NCBI GenBank assembly: GCA_965205015.1
Contig: OZ242029.1
Span: 1,344,001-1,408,000, forward strand
Reading direction: 5' to 3'
Length of the DNA stretch: 64,000 nucleotides
Origin: Candidatus Poribacteria bacterium
GTDB taxonomy: Bacteria; Poribacteria; WGA-4E; WGA-3G
In this document: positions 48,376 through 58,346 of the stretch, piece by piece
Numbering within the stretch: the first letter of the stretch is position 1
Layout of the letters: each line of letters starts with the position of its first letter
Made by a program: the position numbers and the translations under genes
Notes under the pieces: generated by a model
What the model saw: the letters and a program-made list of their open reading frames with translations, nothing else
Database searches by the model: none
Told to the model about the DNA's origin: nothing

Positions 48376-49884
48376 TTATTCTGCGGGAGTATCTCCTGTC
48401 TCCTCTGACACTGCTTCCGCTGTTGCGCCGGTAAGCGTGCTTAAGAAGGAGAGCAAATTGCTCATGTCCGATACGGATAACAGTAGTGGGAAGTTTTCGG
48501 GCATCGGCGATGTAACCAGCAACTTCTTGCCAGAGGCACGGGTAAAGGTCGCTTCCTCAAGATCAAATGTATCAAATACTTCTTCGGTCCCGTCAACGAT
48601 TAGAACGATTTCGTCGTCGTCCATCGAGCCTGAAACGTATTCGCCAACAATCTCATCGCCATCAAAAGTGATAACAGTCATCTGGCTTTTCACGTCTGCC
48701 TTGGAAAATGTCCGATCCTCACCATCGACCTTAAGCGTTACAGTGTCATCAGTTTCTGAAACGATTTCACCGCTTACGGGAGCATCCGCATCCGCAGGCA
48801 TTAGCGTCAGTGTAAAATAACCTCTCGCTTGTAGATTGCTAAGTTCTTCAATTGGTTCATCATCGAGTTCGCTCAACAAGAGGGTATGCTCCTCTTCGAC
48901 GCCATCCGCCGTTTTGGTTCGGACGACAATCTGTTCTGTATCCTGCGAGACAAGCGTTCCTTGATAGGTCGTTCCATTGGCACGGACGGTAACGGCCCCA
49001 TAACCGCTTACTATTTGTACGCTCGGTTTCAGGATCGACTCCTCAAGATACCGCATGTCGTTAAAGGCGGCAATTTCAGAGAGGTCGGGCGCAGTGACGA
49101 CTTCAAAGTCTGTACTCGTCTCACCTGCAGCTGGACTTTCTATACCTGTCACAGCATGGCACGAGATACACGCCGCAGTCACAAACACCTTTTTGCCGAG
49201 TTCAGGATCACCCGTAAGCAGGGGTGGAAGTGCTTCAGCGATTGCCCCCGCATCTGCCCGATCTATCGGTTCATCAAAGGGTGTTGGATCAATCTCACCC
49301 CCGAGACTCTGGAGATAAGCGATAACTGCCTCAATCTCCAATTTTGAAAGCGCGATCGGAGCCTTCCAAATCTCTGGCATAATCTTGCCGTATCCGGGTA
49401 CAAGATATTTGGCGGGTTCGTAGAGCGATTCAATAAGATAGGTTTTTGCATCCGTGCCTGGCACGCGACTCGCTGCGTTAATACCGATGTCTGTCAGATC
49501 GGGACACCTTCCTGGTGGTGCCGATGGATCAACGGTATGACATGCGGCACACTGTCCCTTTCCATTAAACACCAAGGCACCTTGCTCAGCGACTGCGTCT
49601 GGATCACTCCAATCCAGCTCAGTTAGGTTCACCGCTGTAGAACTTTCGGGGACAAGCCCCGCGACAAAGGCGTAAAACCATATCACGGCAAGCGAAAACG
49701 TCAACAACTTCATGACGTTCGACCATAAAACGATATTTATGATGACCGAGATGAGAAACCAGACCGACCACGGTAGCAAGTTCTCGGAAGCGATCGGAAA
49801 CGCAGATGCGCCCGCAATATATGCGACGAAACTCACCACCATTAAGATGAGACTCGCAATTTTTATGAGCGTATTCCTTGACAT
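48376..49884 (-). CDS. Membrane-anchored diheme cytochrome c with acidic beta-rich repeat insert
   Basis: CAACH, CISCH; IMP and SPMP Met ligands. Confidence 0.88.
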   Translation of the reverse strand: MSRNTLIKIASLILMVVSFVAYIAGASAFPIASENLLPWSVWFLISVIINIVLWSNVMKLLTFSLAVIWFYAFVAGLVPESSTAVNLTELDWSDPDAVAEQGALVFNGKGQCAACHTVDPSAPPGRCPDLTDIGINAASRVPGTDAKTYLIESLYEPAKYLVPGYGKIMPEIWKAPIALSKLEIEAVIAYLQSLGGEIDPTPFDEPIDRADAGAIAEALPPLLTGDPELGKKVFVTAACISCHAVTGIESPAAGETSTDFEVVTAPDLSEIAAFNDMRYLEESILKPSVQIVSGYGAVTVRANGTTYQGTLVSQDTEQIVVRTKTADGVEEEHTLLLSELDDEPIEELSNLQARGYFTLTLMPADADAPVSGEIVSETDDTVTLKVDGEDRTFSKADVKSQMTVITFDGDEIVGEYVSGSMDDDEIVLIVDGTEEVFDTFDLEEATFTRASGKKLLVTSPMPENFPLLLSVSDMSNLLSFLSTLTGATAEAVSEETGDTPAE

Positions 49885-49896
49885 TTTTTAATTATT

Positions 49897-49980
49897 CCTT
49901 GCGGTTAAATGACGTGGGTTTGGACCTTAGCGTGCCACTCTTAAATCCGCGCTCCATTCCATTACGAGCGACGCACTTTG
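49897..49980 (-). repeat. ~80-bp CCGCAAGG element (copies at 38-121, 49897-49980, 56405-56490)
   Basis: CCTTGCGG and CTCCATT(A/C)CATTACG blocks at conserved spacing (starts 55-57 bp apart). Confidence 0.8.
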
Positions 49981-49994
49981 TTCCACCACCGCTA

Positions 49995-51893
49995 TTAGTC
50001 ATCACCTTCAGCAGTAACAGCCGCTTCAGCGATAGCTGCTTTCTCTTCCTTCTTCTTTTCGCCCCACAAACCGAGCCAGAAGATAAATCCGACGAGCGCG
50101 AAGAAGATTACCATGATGATTGCCACCATATTCACTGCTTCACTGAGAAGCGGCGTAAATGCATCGGCAGACGTATCCTGCATGACACCGAAAATATGCC
50201 ATGCCTCTCGAAGTCCGGAGCGTGCGTATCCCATCAGTCCCATCAAGGAAGTGAACGTAATTGCAACAAGAATTAACACGTATTGGGAGCGGTCTGTCAT
50301 CTCCCCCCATTTGATAGTGCCAGACGTTGTCGCCTTGCGGTACATGAAAATATCAACGATTGTAACGACTGCCATCACGGCGAGCGCAATTAGGACCTGA
50401 TAAGGCGTAAGGATATTGACCCGCAAATCTGTCGGAACACTGAACCCGACGATACCGATAACCACGATTGAGACGGTCGCGAGGAAAAAGACCGCAGAGA
50501 TACCAATGTTACCAACCTTTTTCCAACGTGCCGTAGGTATTTTGCCTGAACGCCGATAAAATAGGAAGCTCAAGAAAGTCGTGAGAATGATGATATTAAC
50601 CGCCGTATTTTTAGCAGTCATCAAGCCGAACAAGCCGAGGTGTGGGTGGTTTGCACCGCCCATCGCGCTCAGTTCACTGGCAGTTGAAATCTTAGAGAGC
50701 GTCCGCGGGGTCATCCAGATTGCGACACAAATAACGATAACCGTAATCATATACGGACGGTATCGTGCATAGATCTCCGCCCCCTCAATCCGTCCCATGC
50801 CTGACCAGAGGTAGTAGTTCGCGCCAATAAACAGGACACCAATCATCACCGCCTGAATGATAAATAACCAAGAGAACAGGCTACCCATCATGTTAATGCC
50901 CATTGTGTTGTTGAACATGTAGATTTCTCTACCGAGCCAATACCCCAAGAAAGGCAGCGGTATCAGTCCACAGAGTGCGATGAAGTTTCCAGTATAGCCC
51001 ATCCAATCGTAGTGCGCTTTGTCCTCTTTGGTCTTCGCGACGAGGAATCGGAACGCTGCGTATGCGGCGACAATCGAGCCTCCGAAGGCAATGTTCCCGA
51101 CGAGGCGATGGATATTAACAGGCATCCACGTAAAATTGTTGACGGCATCCCAAACGGTTCCCATGAACTCGCCTGTTGTCTCATTGTGGAGCGGCACCAT
51201 CGTATGGCTTGTGACACCTTCCATAGCGGTCTCAGGCGTGAGTGCTGGATCTGCAGCCAATTTCTCCTCAATCCAAGATTTTCGTCTCCCTTCAGAGAGC
51301 ACGCCGTATTGGGTTGCGGGACTGGTTTGGTAGCTCAACCATGCGTTAGAAACGAACATAATCGCAGTACCGAATACATTCAGAAGCACGCCGAGGAAGA
51401 GATGCCATCCTTTATGGCGTCCCTGCATCTTATCCCATCCGTAGGAGTACAGGTAAAGCGTAAAGGTTTCGCCGAAGAAGAGGATGACGTAAAAAATCAT
51501 CGTCGGTCCGAATATCCCACTGAGCTTTGTCATGACTTTGGGATAACACCAGATGAGGATGAAGACGAGGACTCCCCCGAGCAAGGCTGTCGTTGAAAAC
51601 GCGCCCATACAGAGTTTAATAAACTCTTGCGCCATGCGATCATACCGCATGTCCTTCGTCTTCCAACCGATAAATTCGATGATAACGGCGAACATCGGGA
51701 CGCCGAGAATAAAAGATCCGAATAACAGATGGAGTTGCGCAGCGATCCAGGCGGCGTTTCGGCTGCCGATCTTCGGGAAGTTACGATATTCAGCCTCGGT
51801 TACGTCCTGTGCAAATACCGGTGCAACGAATACCAAAAACGCATAAGCAAGGAGGACACAGCCAAGGATAAGATAGAGTCTCTTTTTAGACAT
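49995..51893 (-). CDS. Cytochrome bd-superfamily (CydA-like) oxidase subunit, probably of the cytochrome c-oxidising/Nitrospira-like type
   Basis: QLHLLF, FFGET, NIHRL, MGYARSGLR; about 14 hydrophobic segments; no QPxKxAAxE quinol motif; no cydB nearby. Confidence 0.8.
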   Translation of the reverse strand: MSKKRLYLILGCVLLAYAFLVFVAPVFAQDVTEAEYRNFPKIGSRNAAWIAAQLHLLFGSFILGVPMFAVIIEFIGWKTKDMRYDRMAQEFIKLCMGAFSTTALLGGVLVFILIWCYPKVMTKLSGIFGPTMIFYVILFFGETFTLYLYSYGWDKMQGRHKGWHLFLGVLLNVFGTAIMFVSNAWLSYQTSPATQYGVLSEGRRKSWIEEKLAADPALTPETAMEGVTSHTMVPLHNETTGEFMGTVWDAVNNFTWMPVNIHRLVGNIAFGGSIVAAYAAFRFLVAKTKEDKAHYDWMGYTGNFIALCGLIPLPFLGYWLGREIYMFNNTMGINMMGSLFSWLFIIQAVMIGVLFIGANYYLWSGMGRIEGAEIYARYRPYMITVIVICVAIWMTPRTLSKISTASELSAMGGANHPHLGLFGLMTAKNTAVNIIILTTFLSFLFYRRSGKIPTARWKKVGNIGISAVFFLATVSIVVIGIVGFSVPTDLRVNILTPYQVLIALAVMAVVTIVDIFMYRKATTSGTIKWGEMTDRSQYVLILVAITFTSLMGLMGYARSGLREAWHIFGVMQDTSADAFTPLLSEAVNMVAIIMVIFFALVGFIFWLGLWGEKKKEEKAAIAEAAVTAEGDD

Positions 51894-51913
51894 TTTTTAT
51901 GGCTTTCGGCTAT

Positions 51914-52663
51914 TTATCTCGAGCGTTTCTTGAAGTCAGCACTCGTGAAGTTTACAGCAATATCGCCACTCGCTGGCACTTCAATGGTCTTGTTTGCTGA
52001 ACCGAGTTCTTCATGCCATGCGACGACACGCACTTTACCCGCTGGCACATCAGCGATCGAATAACCGCCTGTATCCGCGGATTTTTCATAGTCATCTGAA
52101 CTGATCCATGTGCCATCAGCATTTTTGTAACCCGTAACCGTGAAAAAGTTGTTAGGAACAGCGACGACGTACCCCGTCATCCACGTGTGGATATCGCACG
52201 TGAACTTAATTTCTTCAACCTTGGCGACTTTGTGTGGAAGGACTATGCCGGACTTCGGAATCTGATAGTTTATCGCGTCATTTTTTTTCGCGTGAGAGCG
52301 AACGTTATGCGCAACCGGATCACTGGAGGTAATATCAACAGTAGAGCCAGCAACGACTGCGAGGACGTGCGGGTAGTAAGCACATGCCTTCTGGTCCATC
52401 ACTGGATTCTTATCCGGGACGACAGGTTTCGCCCCACGAACACGGGCATAAATGACGACGTTTTTAAGACCTTTGCCCTTTGAGACAACGAGTGCCTCGG
52501 ATTTTGTGCCTGCTACAGCGTCAATGCAATGCTGATCTTTAGTAGCCGTTAAGGCGGGACGCGCAGGTGCATCGCCTTCATAGGTTACGGTGCCGGTGAT
52601 GGTCCCTGCGAACGCAGCACTTGCAAGCATCGTGCTAACAAGCAGGGCGACGAAAACTTTCAT
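51914..52663 (-). CDS. Secreted cupredoxin-like / carboxypeptidase-regulatory-like domain protein (paralog of 44856-45638)
   Basis: Signal peptide; HNVR...CDIHTWM. Confidence 0.75.
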   Translation of the reverse strand: MKVFVALLVSTMLASAAFAGTITGTVTYEGDAPARPALTATKDQHCIDAVAGTKSEALVVSKGKGLKNVVIYARVRGAKPVVPDKNPVMDQKACAYYPHVLAVVAGSTVDITSSDPVAHNVRSHAKKNDAINYQIPKSGIVLPHKVAKVEEIKFTCDIHTWMTGYVVAVPNNFFTVTGYKNADGTWISSDDYEKSADTGGYSIADVPAGKVRVVAWHEELGSANKTIEVPASGDIAVNFTSADFKKRSR

Positions 52664-52785
52664 AATTTGGTTTCTCCTTATATGTTTTAAATTACCTCTA
52701 ATATATTAACACCCCAATGTTTTAGGATGCAAATAAATAGACCTAAAAATTCAAATTAATTTTTCCTAAAGGCTCCCTTTACAAA

Positions 52786-53142
52786 TTAAGGACGAAACAT
52801 TTCCTTAATATAGGCGAGTAGCTCCCGTTGTTCCGCATCATTGAGGTAATAGTGGAACGCCGGCATATCGTCCTTTCCAGCATTGATGCTATCCAGCAAT
52901 TGTTCATCACTGTGCATCTCCCAGAGGCTGTTGTCCGTCAGGTCTGCGGGATCCAACCTTTTGAAACGTCCGATCCGTCCGTTGCCTTCTCCATTGTTTC
53001 CATGGCACCCTGCGCAATACCGAGCGTATTTGTATTCGACCTCTGACTGATACTTCGTACTCGGGTCAACCTGCTTAGCCAACCAGATTAAGCCGTTGAG
53101 CCATACCATAATCATGACGATAACGACCACAAGGTGTTTCAT
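52786..53142 (-). CDS. Small monoheme class I cytochrome c
   Basis: N-terminal TM; CAGCH; DMPAF. Confidence 0.88.
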   Translation of the reverse strand: MKHLVVVIVMIMVWLNGLIWLAKQVDPSTKYQSEVEYKYARYCAGCHGNNGEGNGRIGRFKRLDPADLTDNSLWEMHSDEQLLDSINAGKDDMPAFHYYLNDAEQRELLAYIKEMFRP

Positions 53143-53166
53143 ATTTTTAATTTATGGGATCCTTCG

Positions 53167-53240
53167 CATAGACATTGCCCCTCGCTGTGGTGCTTAAAAG
53201 GCATTCCTTCTTGAACCCCGTAGGGGTGAAATGTCTGCAG
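53167..53240. repeat. REP-like inverted doublet (AGACATT..CCCC / GGGGTGAAATGTCT)
   Basis: Inverted arms with CCCCGTAGGGG core. Confidence 0.55.
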
Positions 53241-53268
53241 AGGAACTCAGATTCCGAACAATTTAAAA

Positions 53269-56200
53269 TTAGCGTCCTAAGGAGATGAGGTAATCTCGGA
53301 CGAGTCGAATCTGTTTTTCAGCGTCATTGCCAGCGTAACCATCGAGTGGCATATGTTGTCCACCAATCAGCGGCCATGCTTGCGGCATCGCTGTTCCGGG
53401 CTGGAACGCCTGCGGATCCTTCATCCAATCAATAAGCCAATCCGCCTTGAGTCGCTCCTTCGCCAACGCAAGATCTGGTCGTCCCGCCTTGTCACTCCCT
53501 TCAGGAATAATTTCACCCTGCGAAGGGTGACAAGAGATACACTGAAGTGCATCAAAAATCTGCTTACCGACTCGTAATTCAGCACGCGTCGGCATTGGGG
53601 TCTCAAGCGTTTCATACGGGAACGGTTCATCGTCAAGCGCGGAGAAGTATTTGACCAGCGTTGTCGCTTCGTCATCAGATAATCCGAATGTCGGCATCCG
53701 TACCTTGAGTCCGTATCGGATGTCTGAGGGTTCTTTGAGGAATGTAAATAACCAGTCTGGATAAACCCTTGCGCCCTCTGCTTTCAAGGGTGGCGGCGCC
53801 ACTTGCTTGGCAACCATCTCACTTAACCCTTCGTGTGCGATGATAACCTCCTCATAATCGCCGCCCGCGCCTTCAATCACATGGCATCCGGTGCAGTTAT
53901 ATTTTTTGATCAATCGTCTACCCGCATCAATGTCGTTTAGTTTCTCGGATCGGTTATGGATATAACTCAGCGGATACTGCTCGGGTTGGAAACTCTTCAA
54001 CAGCACGGCGATCGCTCTCGCATCTTCATCGCTCATCTGGAAGACCGGCATCCGAGAAACAATCCGGCGGGTTTGATACCGTCGTGGATTGGTAACTTTA
54101 CCGACCGTCCATCCCGTCCAACTGTGTTCAATGCCCACGGTGTCGCCAAAGTCAAGTTCATCCGCTAATTTCGCGCCGAACTCGCCGAGATCCGCACCGA
54201 CCTTTGACTCATTTTCGAAACCGGGAATCTCATGACACCCGAAACATCCGTAAGTCCTGACGAGTGCTTCACCTTCCGCGACATCCACTTCACCGATGGA
54301 GTCGGTAGCTACGTTTGTCGTGGCTTGTTGCATACTCATCAGATAGGCGACGACGTTGTCGAGTTCGCGGGTACTTAACCGCAAACTCGGCATACTCGTA
54401 TCTGGGTCGTATGCCTTTGGATCATTAATCCACTGTCGGAGATAACTCGCTGTAACCTTTGTGCCAACACTATCGAGTGCCGGGGCAAAATCACTCCCCA
54501 AACCCTCAACAGCATGACATGTGAGGCAGCCAACGGTCTTGACGGTTTCCTCGCCTGCCTTAATAGCCCTTTCAGATGTGGAATAATTGGAACTGGATGC
54601 ATCTAAGTCCGCATCATTCATTGCGGCAAGGTAAGCCGAGATAGATTTCACTTCATCAACAATGCGGAGGACATAACTGTCGGGGTAAGGATACTCTGTG
54701 CCATCGTCTGTTTTAATGACAATGCCATTGTCTGTTTCGGTAACAACACCGGTGCGCTTTCCGCCGTTTTTGAGATAGACGACCTGCGTCATGCCATCAA
54801 CGGGGAAGAAATTCGGCATTGTCGTATTTTCGAGGTAGGCTTCGGGTTTCTTAATCCAACTTTCAAGCCACGCAGTATCTTTCACCTTACTGCCGACTTT
54901 CGCAAGCGATGGACCGACTTTGGCGAGGGTATCGAGGGCACTATACCCCTCAACAGCGTGACATCCGTGGCATCCAAGGTCTTCAAAGAGTGCCAAGCCC
55001 TTCGTTAAATTCGGGGCATAGTCCTGCGGTTCATCCGTTTCGGGGTTCACACCGTAATCTAACATCATCACGCCATCATGGCAGCGGCGGCAGTTAGATT
55101 CCATATAGCCTTTCGTTTCTTCGGACGTTCTACCGGTATGCTCATCTAATCCGAGTACAGGCGTGAGCCAGTATTCAGCATGCGTCAAGGCGTGAGCGGC
55201 TTTCGCTGTGAGTGCCTGTCCCTGCCCACCGTGGCACGGCGTACACCCAAATTTATCAACTGGGTGCTTATCAAGAAGGACATCACGGTGTGGGTGCGTT
55301 TGAAGGACGGAACGATAGCCGGTTTCATAAGAAATCTCAACTTCACCGAAGACATCCACGTCACTGAAGGTAAGCGTACCGTTTTCCTCTAATGTATATT
55401 CATCCGCTTCCGCTTCAAATCCATCAATGATCATATTCTCACTACCGACCTTGACGCTTGTGTGCTTGAGACGCTGCACAACAGGATTTTCGCCATCACC
55501 TTCCACCTCAAACACCTCTTGCGCGGATTGATCGTAACCGGTCTTATCAGCAGAGAAATGGCATGTAGCACACCTGTCTGCGGTATGATTGAAGTCTTCA
55601 AGATAGTATTGAACGATAGTTCGTGTTTCACGGAAAGGATTCTCTAATAGACTCCCCAAGAAGGTTCGCTTGATCCCCCCCACCGAATGCAATTTTTCTT
55701 CAAGGCGTGTAACTTCGTCGTGTTTTGCTTTGTCGGCTCGCAGTGATTGAAGGGAGGCTTCTGCGGCGGTGAGACCCGTTATAATTTCGGTATCTGTAGG
55801 ATTATATTTCTGGGCGATGAGGTAGGTACTCAGGGCACTTTGTGCGTCCCCAGTGGCTTGATAAAACTGCGCCAGAGCTATGTTCGCGTTTGCAAAGGTT
55901 GCTTCCGCTCCCAAAACGGCTTCGGTGAGTTCACCTTCAATTTGGGATTCAAAATCCGCTAACTTCTTCTGCCACTTGTCAACAGTCTCATTGTGTTTCC
56001 CCTTCGCTACGTGGAGGCTGTGCTGATATTTATAGTTAATAGCATCGGATTCGCTCTGTCGAAATTTGCGTTCCTGTAGTGCTTCATCTAAGGCGACCTG
56101 AGCGTCCCTGACCTCCTTCATTAACCGTGCGAGCTCCTTGGCATCAGGTTCTTGAGGCGTAGGAAGTTCAGGCAAAGCCAATTTTGCGTTCTCTAATTCC

Positions 56201-56379
56201 GCGTGTGTTTTTTCATATTCATATTGATAAAATTGCTGCTGGATCTGCTTCCAGGGGCGCCGAGTAATCATCTCATCCCAGAACCCCCATATCGTCACCA
56301 GTCCTAACAACCCGGATAGAATAAAGAACAAAGCAGAATACGACTTACTCTCAGCAGGAATTTCCTTTTTGCTCCTCAC
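53269..56379 (-). CDS. Membrane-anchored octaheme cytochrome c associated with the Rieske/cytochrome b complex
   Basis: Eight CxxCH (CATCH, CTPCH, CRRCH, CHGCH, CLTCH, CFGCH, CTGCH, CISCH); N-terminal TM and coiled-coil-like region. Confidence 0.9.
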   Translation of the reverse strand: MRSKKEIPAESKSYSALFFILSGLLGLVTIWGFWDEMITRRPWKQIQQQFYQYEYEKTHAELENAKLALPELPTPQEPDAKELARLMKEVRDAQVALDEALQERKFRQSESDAINYKYQHSLHVAKGKHNETVDKWQKKLADFESQIEGELTEAVLGAEATFANANIALAQFYQATGDAQSALSTYLIAQKYNPTDTEIITGLTAAEASLQSLRADKAKHDEVTRLEEKLHSVGGIKRTFLGSLLENPFRETRTIVQYYLEDFNHTADRCATCHFSADKTGYDQSAQEVFEVEGDGENPVVQRLKHTSVKVGSENMIIDGFEAEADEYTLEENGTLTFSDVDVFGEVEISYETGYRSVLQTHPHRDVLLDKHPVDKFGCTPCHGGQGQALTAKAAHALTHAEYWLTPVLGLDEHTGRTSEETKGYMESNCRRCHDGVMMLDYGVNPETDEPQDYAPNLTKGLALFEDLGCHGCHAVEGYSALDTLAKVGPSLAKVGSKVKDTAWLESWIKKPEAYLENTTMPNFFPVDGMTQVVYLKNGGKRTGVVTETDNGIVIKTDDGTEYPYPDSYVLRIVDEVKSISAYLAAMNDADLDASSSNYSTSERAIKAGEETVKTVGCLTCHAVEGLGSDFAPALDSVGTKVTASYLRQWINDPKAYDPDTSMPSLRLSTRELDNVVAYLMSMQQATTNVATDSIGEVDVAEGEALVRTYGCFGCHEIPGFENESKVGADLGEFGAKLADELDFGDTVGIEHSWTGWTVGKVTNPRRYQTRRIVSRMPVFQMSDEDARAIAVLLKSFQPEQYPLSYIHNRSEKLNDIDAGRRLIKKYNCTGCHVIEGAGGDYEEVIIAHEGLSEMVAKQVAPPPLKAEGARVYPDWLFTFLKEPSDIRYGLKVRMPTFGLSDDEATTLVKYFSALDDEPFPYETLETPMPTRAELRVGKQIFDALQCISCHPSQGEIIPEGSDKAGRPDLALAKERLKADWLIDWMKDPQAFQPGTAMPQAWPLIGGQHMPLDGYAGNDAEKQIRLVRDYLISLGR

Positions 56380-56514
56380 GAACTTTTCTCCCTCTTTTAT
56401 TTTACCTTGCGGTTCGGTCAGGTGGGTTGGACACTTTCAAGTGCCTCCCCGTAGATCCGCTCTCCATTACATTACGAGCTACAGGTTTTGCCGCCCGCCT
56501 TCCGATTGCTATTC

Positions 56515-57381
56515 TTAGATGTTGAACCACGGGGACACCCAGATGTATTTTACATTTAAAGCGACACGCAGTATCATTTTTATCGGCAATGCAAGCATCG
56601 TTAAGAACAGAAATGAAACAACGATATATCGGACAAGGCCGAGTTCCTGTAAGAAACGACTACTTTTACACTTCCACAAGTAGAAAATGGGACCGATCGC
56701 GAAATAGCCTGCGACCACCACGAACCCGAAATAGTTTGCAGTATCCGCGTCGCGGATGCCGAAAAGATACGACAAATTCACATTTGTCAGCGGAACGACG
56801 AGATGTGGATCCCACGCTTCCCATGGCGCGAAGAAGTTCCATCCGGGACCTCTGAGGAATGTCCCCACGACCATCAGAACGATCCATAAAATGATAAATC
56901 CGAAACAGAATACGGCGAGTGCGAACGGACGTTCTTTTACTGTGTAATACCCTTTCCCCTTGGGATTAATGTCAATATAGGGAATAGCAATCAAACCGGC
57001 GATGATCAACCCCGGGAGCACTACGCCTGCGATCCACGGATCGAAATAGACGAGCATCTCCTGCAGTGCGAGGAAATACCATGGTGCTTTAGAAGGGTTC
57101 GGTGTCTTCGTCGGATCGCTGGGTTCCTCGAGCGGGGCATCAATCATAATTGACCATACACCGAGCACGAGCATCACGATAATAGCGCAGATAAACTCAT
57201 TCCGACACAGATACGGCCACACGTACACCTTATCGTTCAGAGCGGCATCCGAAGGGGTACCTGTTTTGTCTGTCTGGCGCGCCTGCCGGTATGAAAGCCA
57301 GATGAAATAAGGTATCAAAAAGAGAATAGCAACAATGGGGACATTATCCGGCTTCGTCACCAGTGCTATAAAATGCTCCAT
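56515..57381 (-). CDS. Cytochrome b C-terminal subunit (subunit IV/PetD-like)
   Basis: VWPYL, APLEEP.DP..TPNPSKAPWYF, IPYID. Confidence 0.9.
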   Translation of the reverse strand: MEHFIALVTKPDNVPIVAILFLIPYFIWLSYRQARQTDKTGTPSDAALNDKVYVWPYLCRNEFICAIIVMLVLGVWSIMIDAPLEEPSDPTKTPNPSKAPWYFLALQEMLVYFDPWIAGVVLPGLIIAGLIAIPYIDINPKGKGYYTVKERPFALAVFCFGFIILWIVLMVVGTFLRGPGWNFFAPWEAWDPHLVVPLTNVNLSYLFGIRDADTANYFGFVVVAGYFAIGPIFYLWKCKSSRFLQELGLVRYIVVSFLFLTMLALPIKMILRVALNVKYIWVSPWFNI

Positions 57382-57459
57382 ATTCTTCTGCTCCTTTGAA
57401 GATTAGATTCCTCGTCCGTGCTGATCCCACCGACACAAAAGATCTGCTTCTACACGCCT

Positions 57460-58230
57460 CTATAGAGGTCCAGAGATACCACCATCTTTACGGACCCGCC
57501 AGAAATGCAAAGCCATCAGAACGCTTGCCAACAGCGGCACCGCAACGCAATGTAAAATATAGAACCTCAATAAAGTGGACGGACCAACGATGGTACCCGC
57601 CAGTAGTGCGAATCGGACATCGTTCGATTGTGTGATGTCTTGCGGGGCAAACGGACCTTCATGCCCCAGAACAGGTGTCGCCCGTGCCATGTTCGTCCCG
57701 ACAGTCACCGCCCAAAACGCCAATTGATCCCACGGCAAGAGATAACCCGTGAAGCTGAGGAAAAATGTCACGAGTAACAAGATGACCCCGACTGCCCAGT
57801 TGAATTCCCGAGGCTTCTTATAGGAACCCGTCAAGAACACCCTGAACATGTGGAGCATTACCGAGATCACCATTCCGTGTGCCGCCCAGCGGTGCATGTT
57901 CCGCAGGAGCATCCCGAACGGAATGTCAAATTCAAGGTACTGAACATCGTGGAAGGCGTATTCAGCTGTGGGTCGGTAATAGAACATCAGGAGTACGCCA
58001 GTGACGGCTGTCACGAGAAACATAAGGAAAGTGATCCCGCCCATACACCAAGTGAATCGGAAGTTCAGCGCGTGCCGAGAAATCCGGGGAGGATGGAGAT
58101 GCAGCCAGACGTTTTGGAGGACCTGTAAGGTATAACGGCGCCCGGTGTTTTCATACCCGTGGCGGAATATAGAGCGCCAAATGTCGGAATTCGTAATCTT
58201 TTCTTTGAGCCCTTTACGTTCTTCGTTCAT
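57460..58230 (-). CDS. petB: Cytochrome b6-like N-terminal subunit
   Basis: WCMGGIT, HRW...H, GYLLPWDQ, H-x14-H. Confidence 0.93.
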   Translation of the reverse strand: MNEERKGLKEKITNSDIWRSIFRHGYENTGRRYTLQVLQNVWLHLHPPRISRHALNFRFTWCMGGITFLMFLVTAVTGVLLMFYYRPTAEYAFHDVQYLEFDIPFGMLLRNMHRWAAHGMVISVMLHMFRVFLTGSYKKPREFNWAVGVILLLVTFFLSFTGYLLPWDQLAFWAVTVGTNMARATPVLGHEGPFAPQDITQSNDVRFALLAGTIVGPSTLLRFYILHCVAVPLLASVLMALHFWRVRKDGGISGPL

Positions 58231-58346
58231 ACGTTTTTTAGCAAGTTTCGACGTGTACGCTGCGATGTGGACTTCGAAGATTCGCTCTATAACGCCGAAA
58301 CGCCGTTTCTACCTGACGGGAGCCAGGCACAAATGCTCTCCTTTCT

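Noticed and set aside
45777-51893. Evidence for nitrite oxidation or anammox
   Set aside because: No NxrA/NxrB, HAO-type or hydrazine synthase genes in the window; resemblance is limited to electron-transfer modules.
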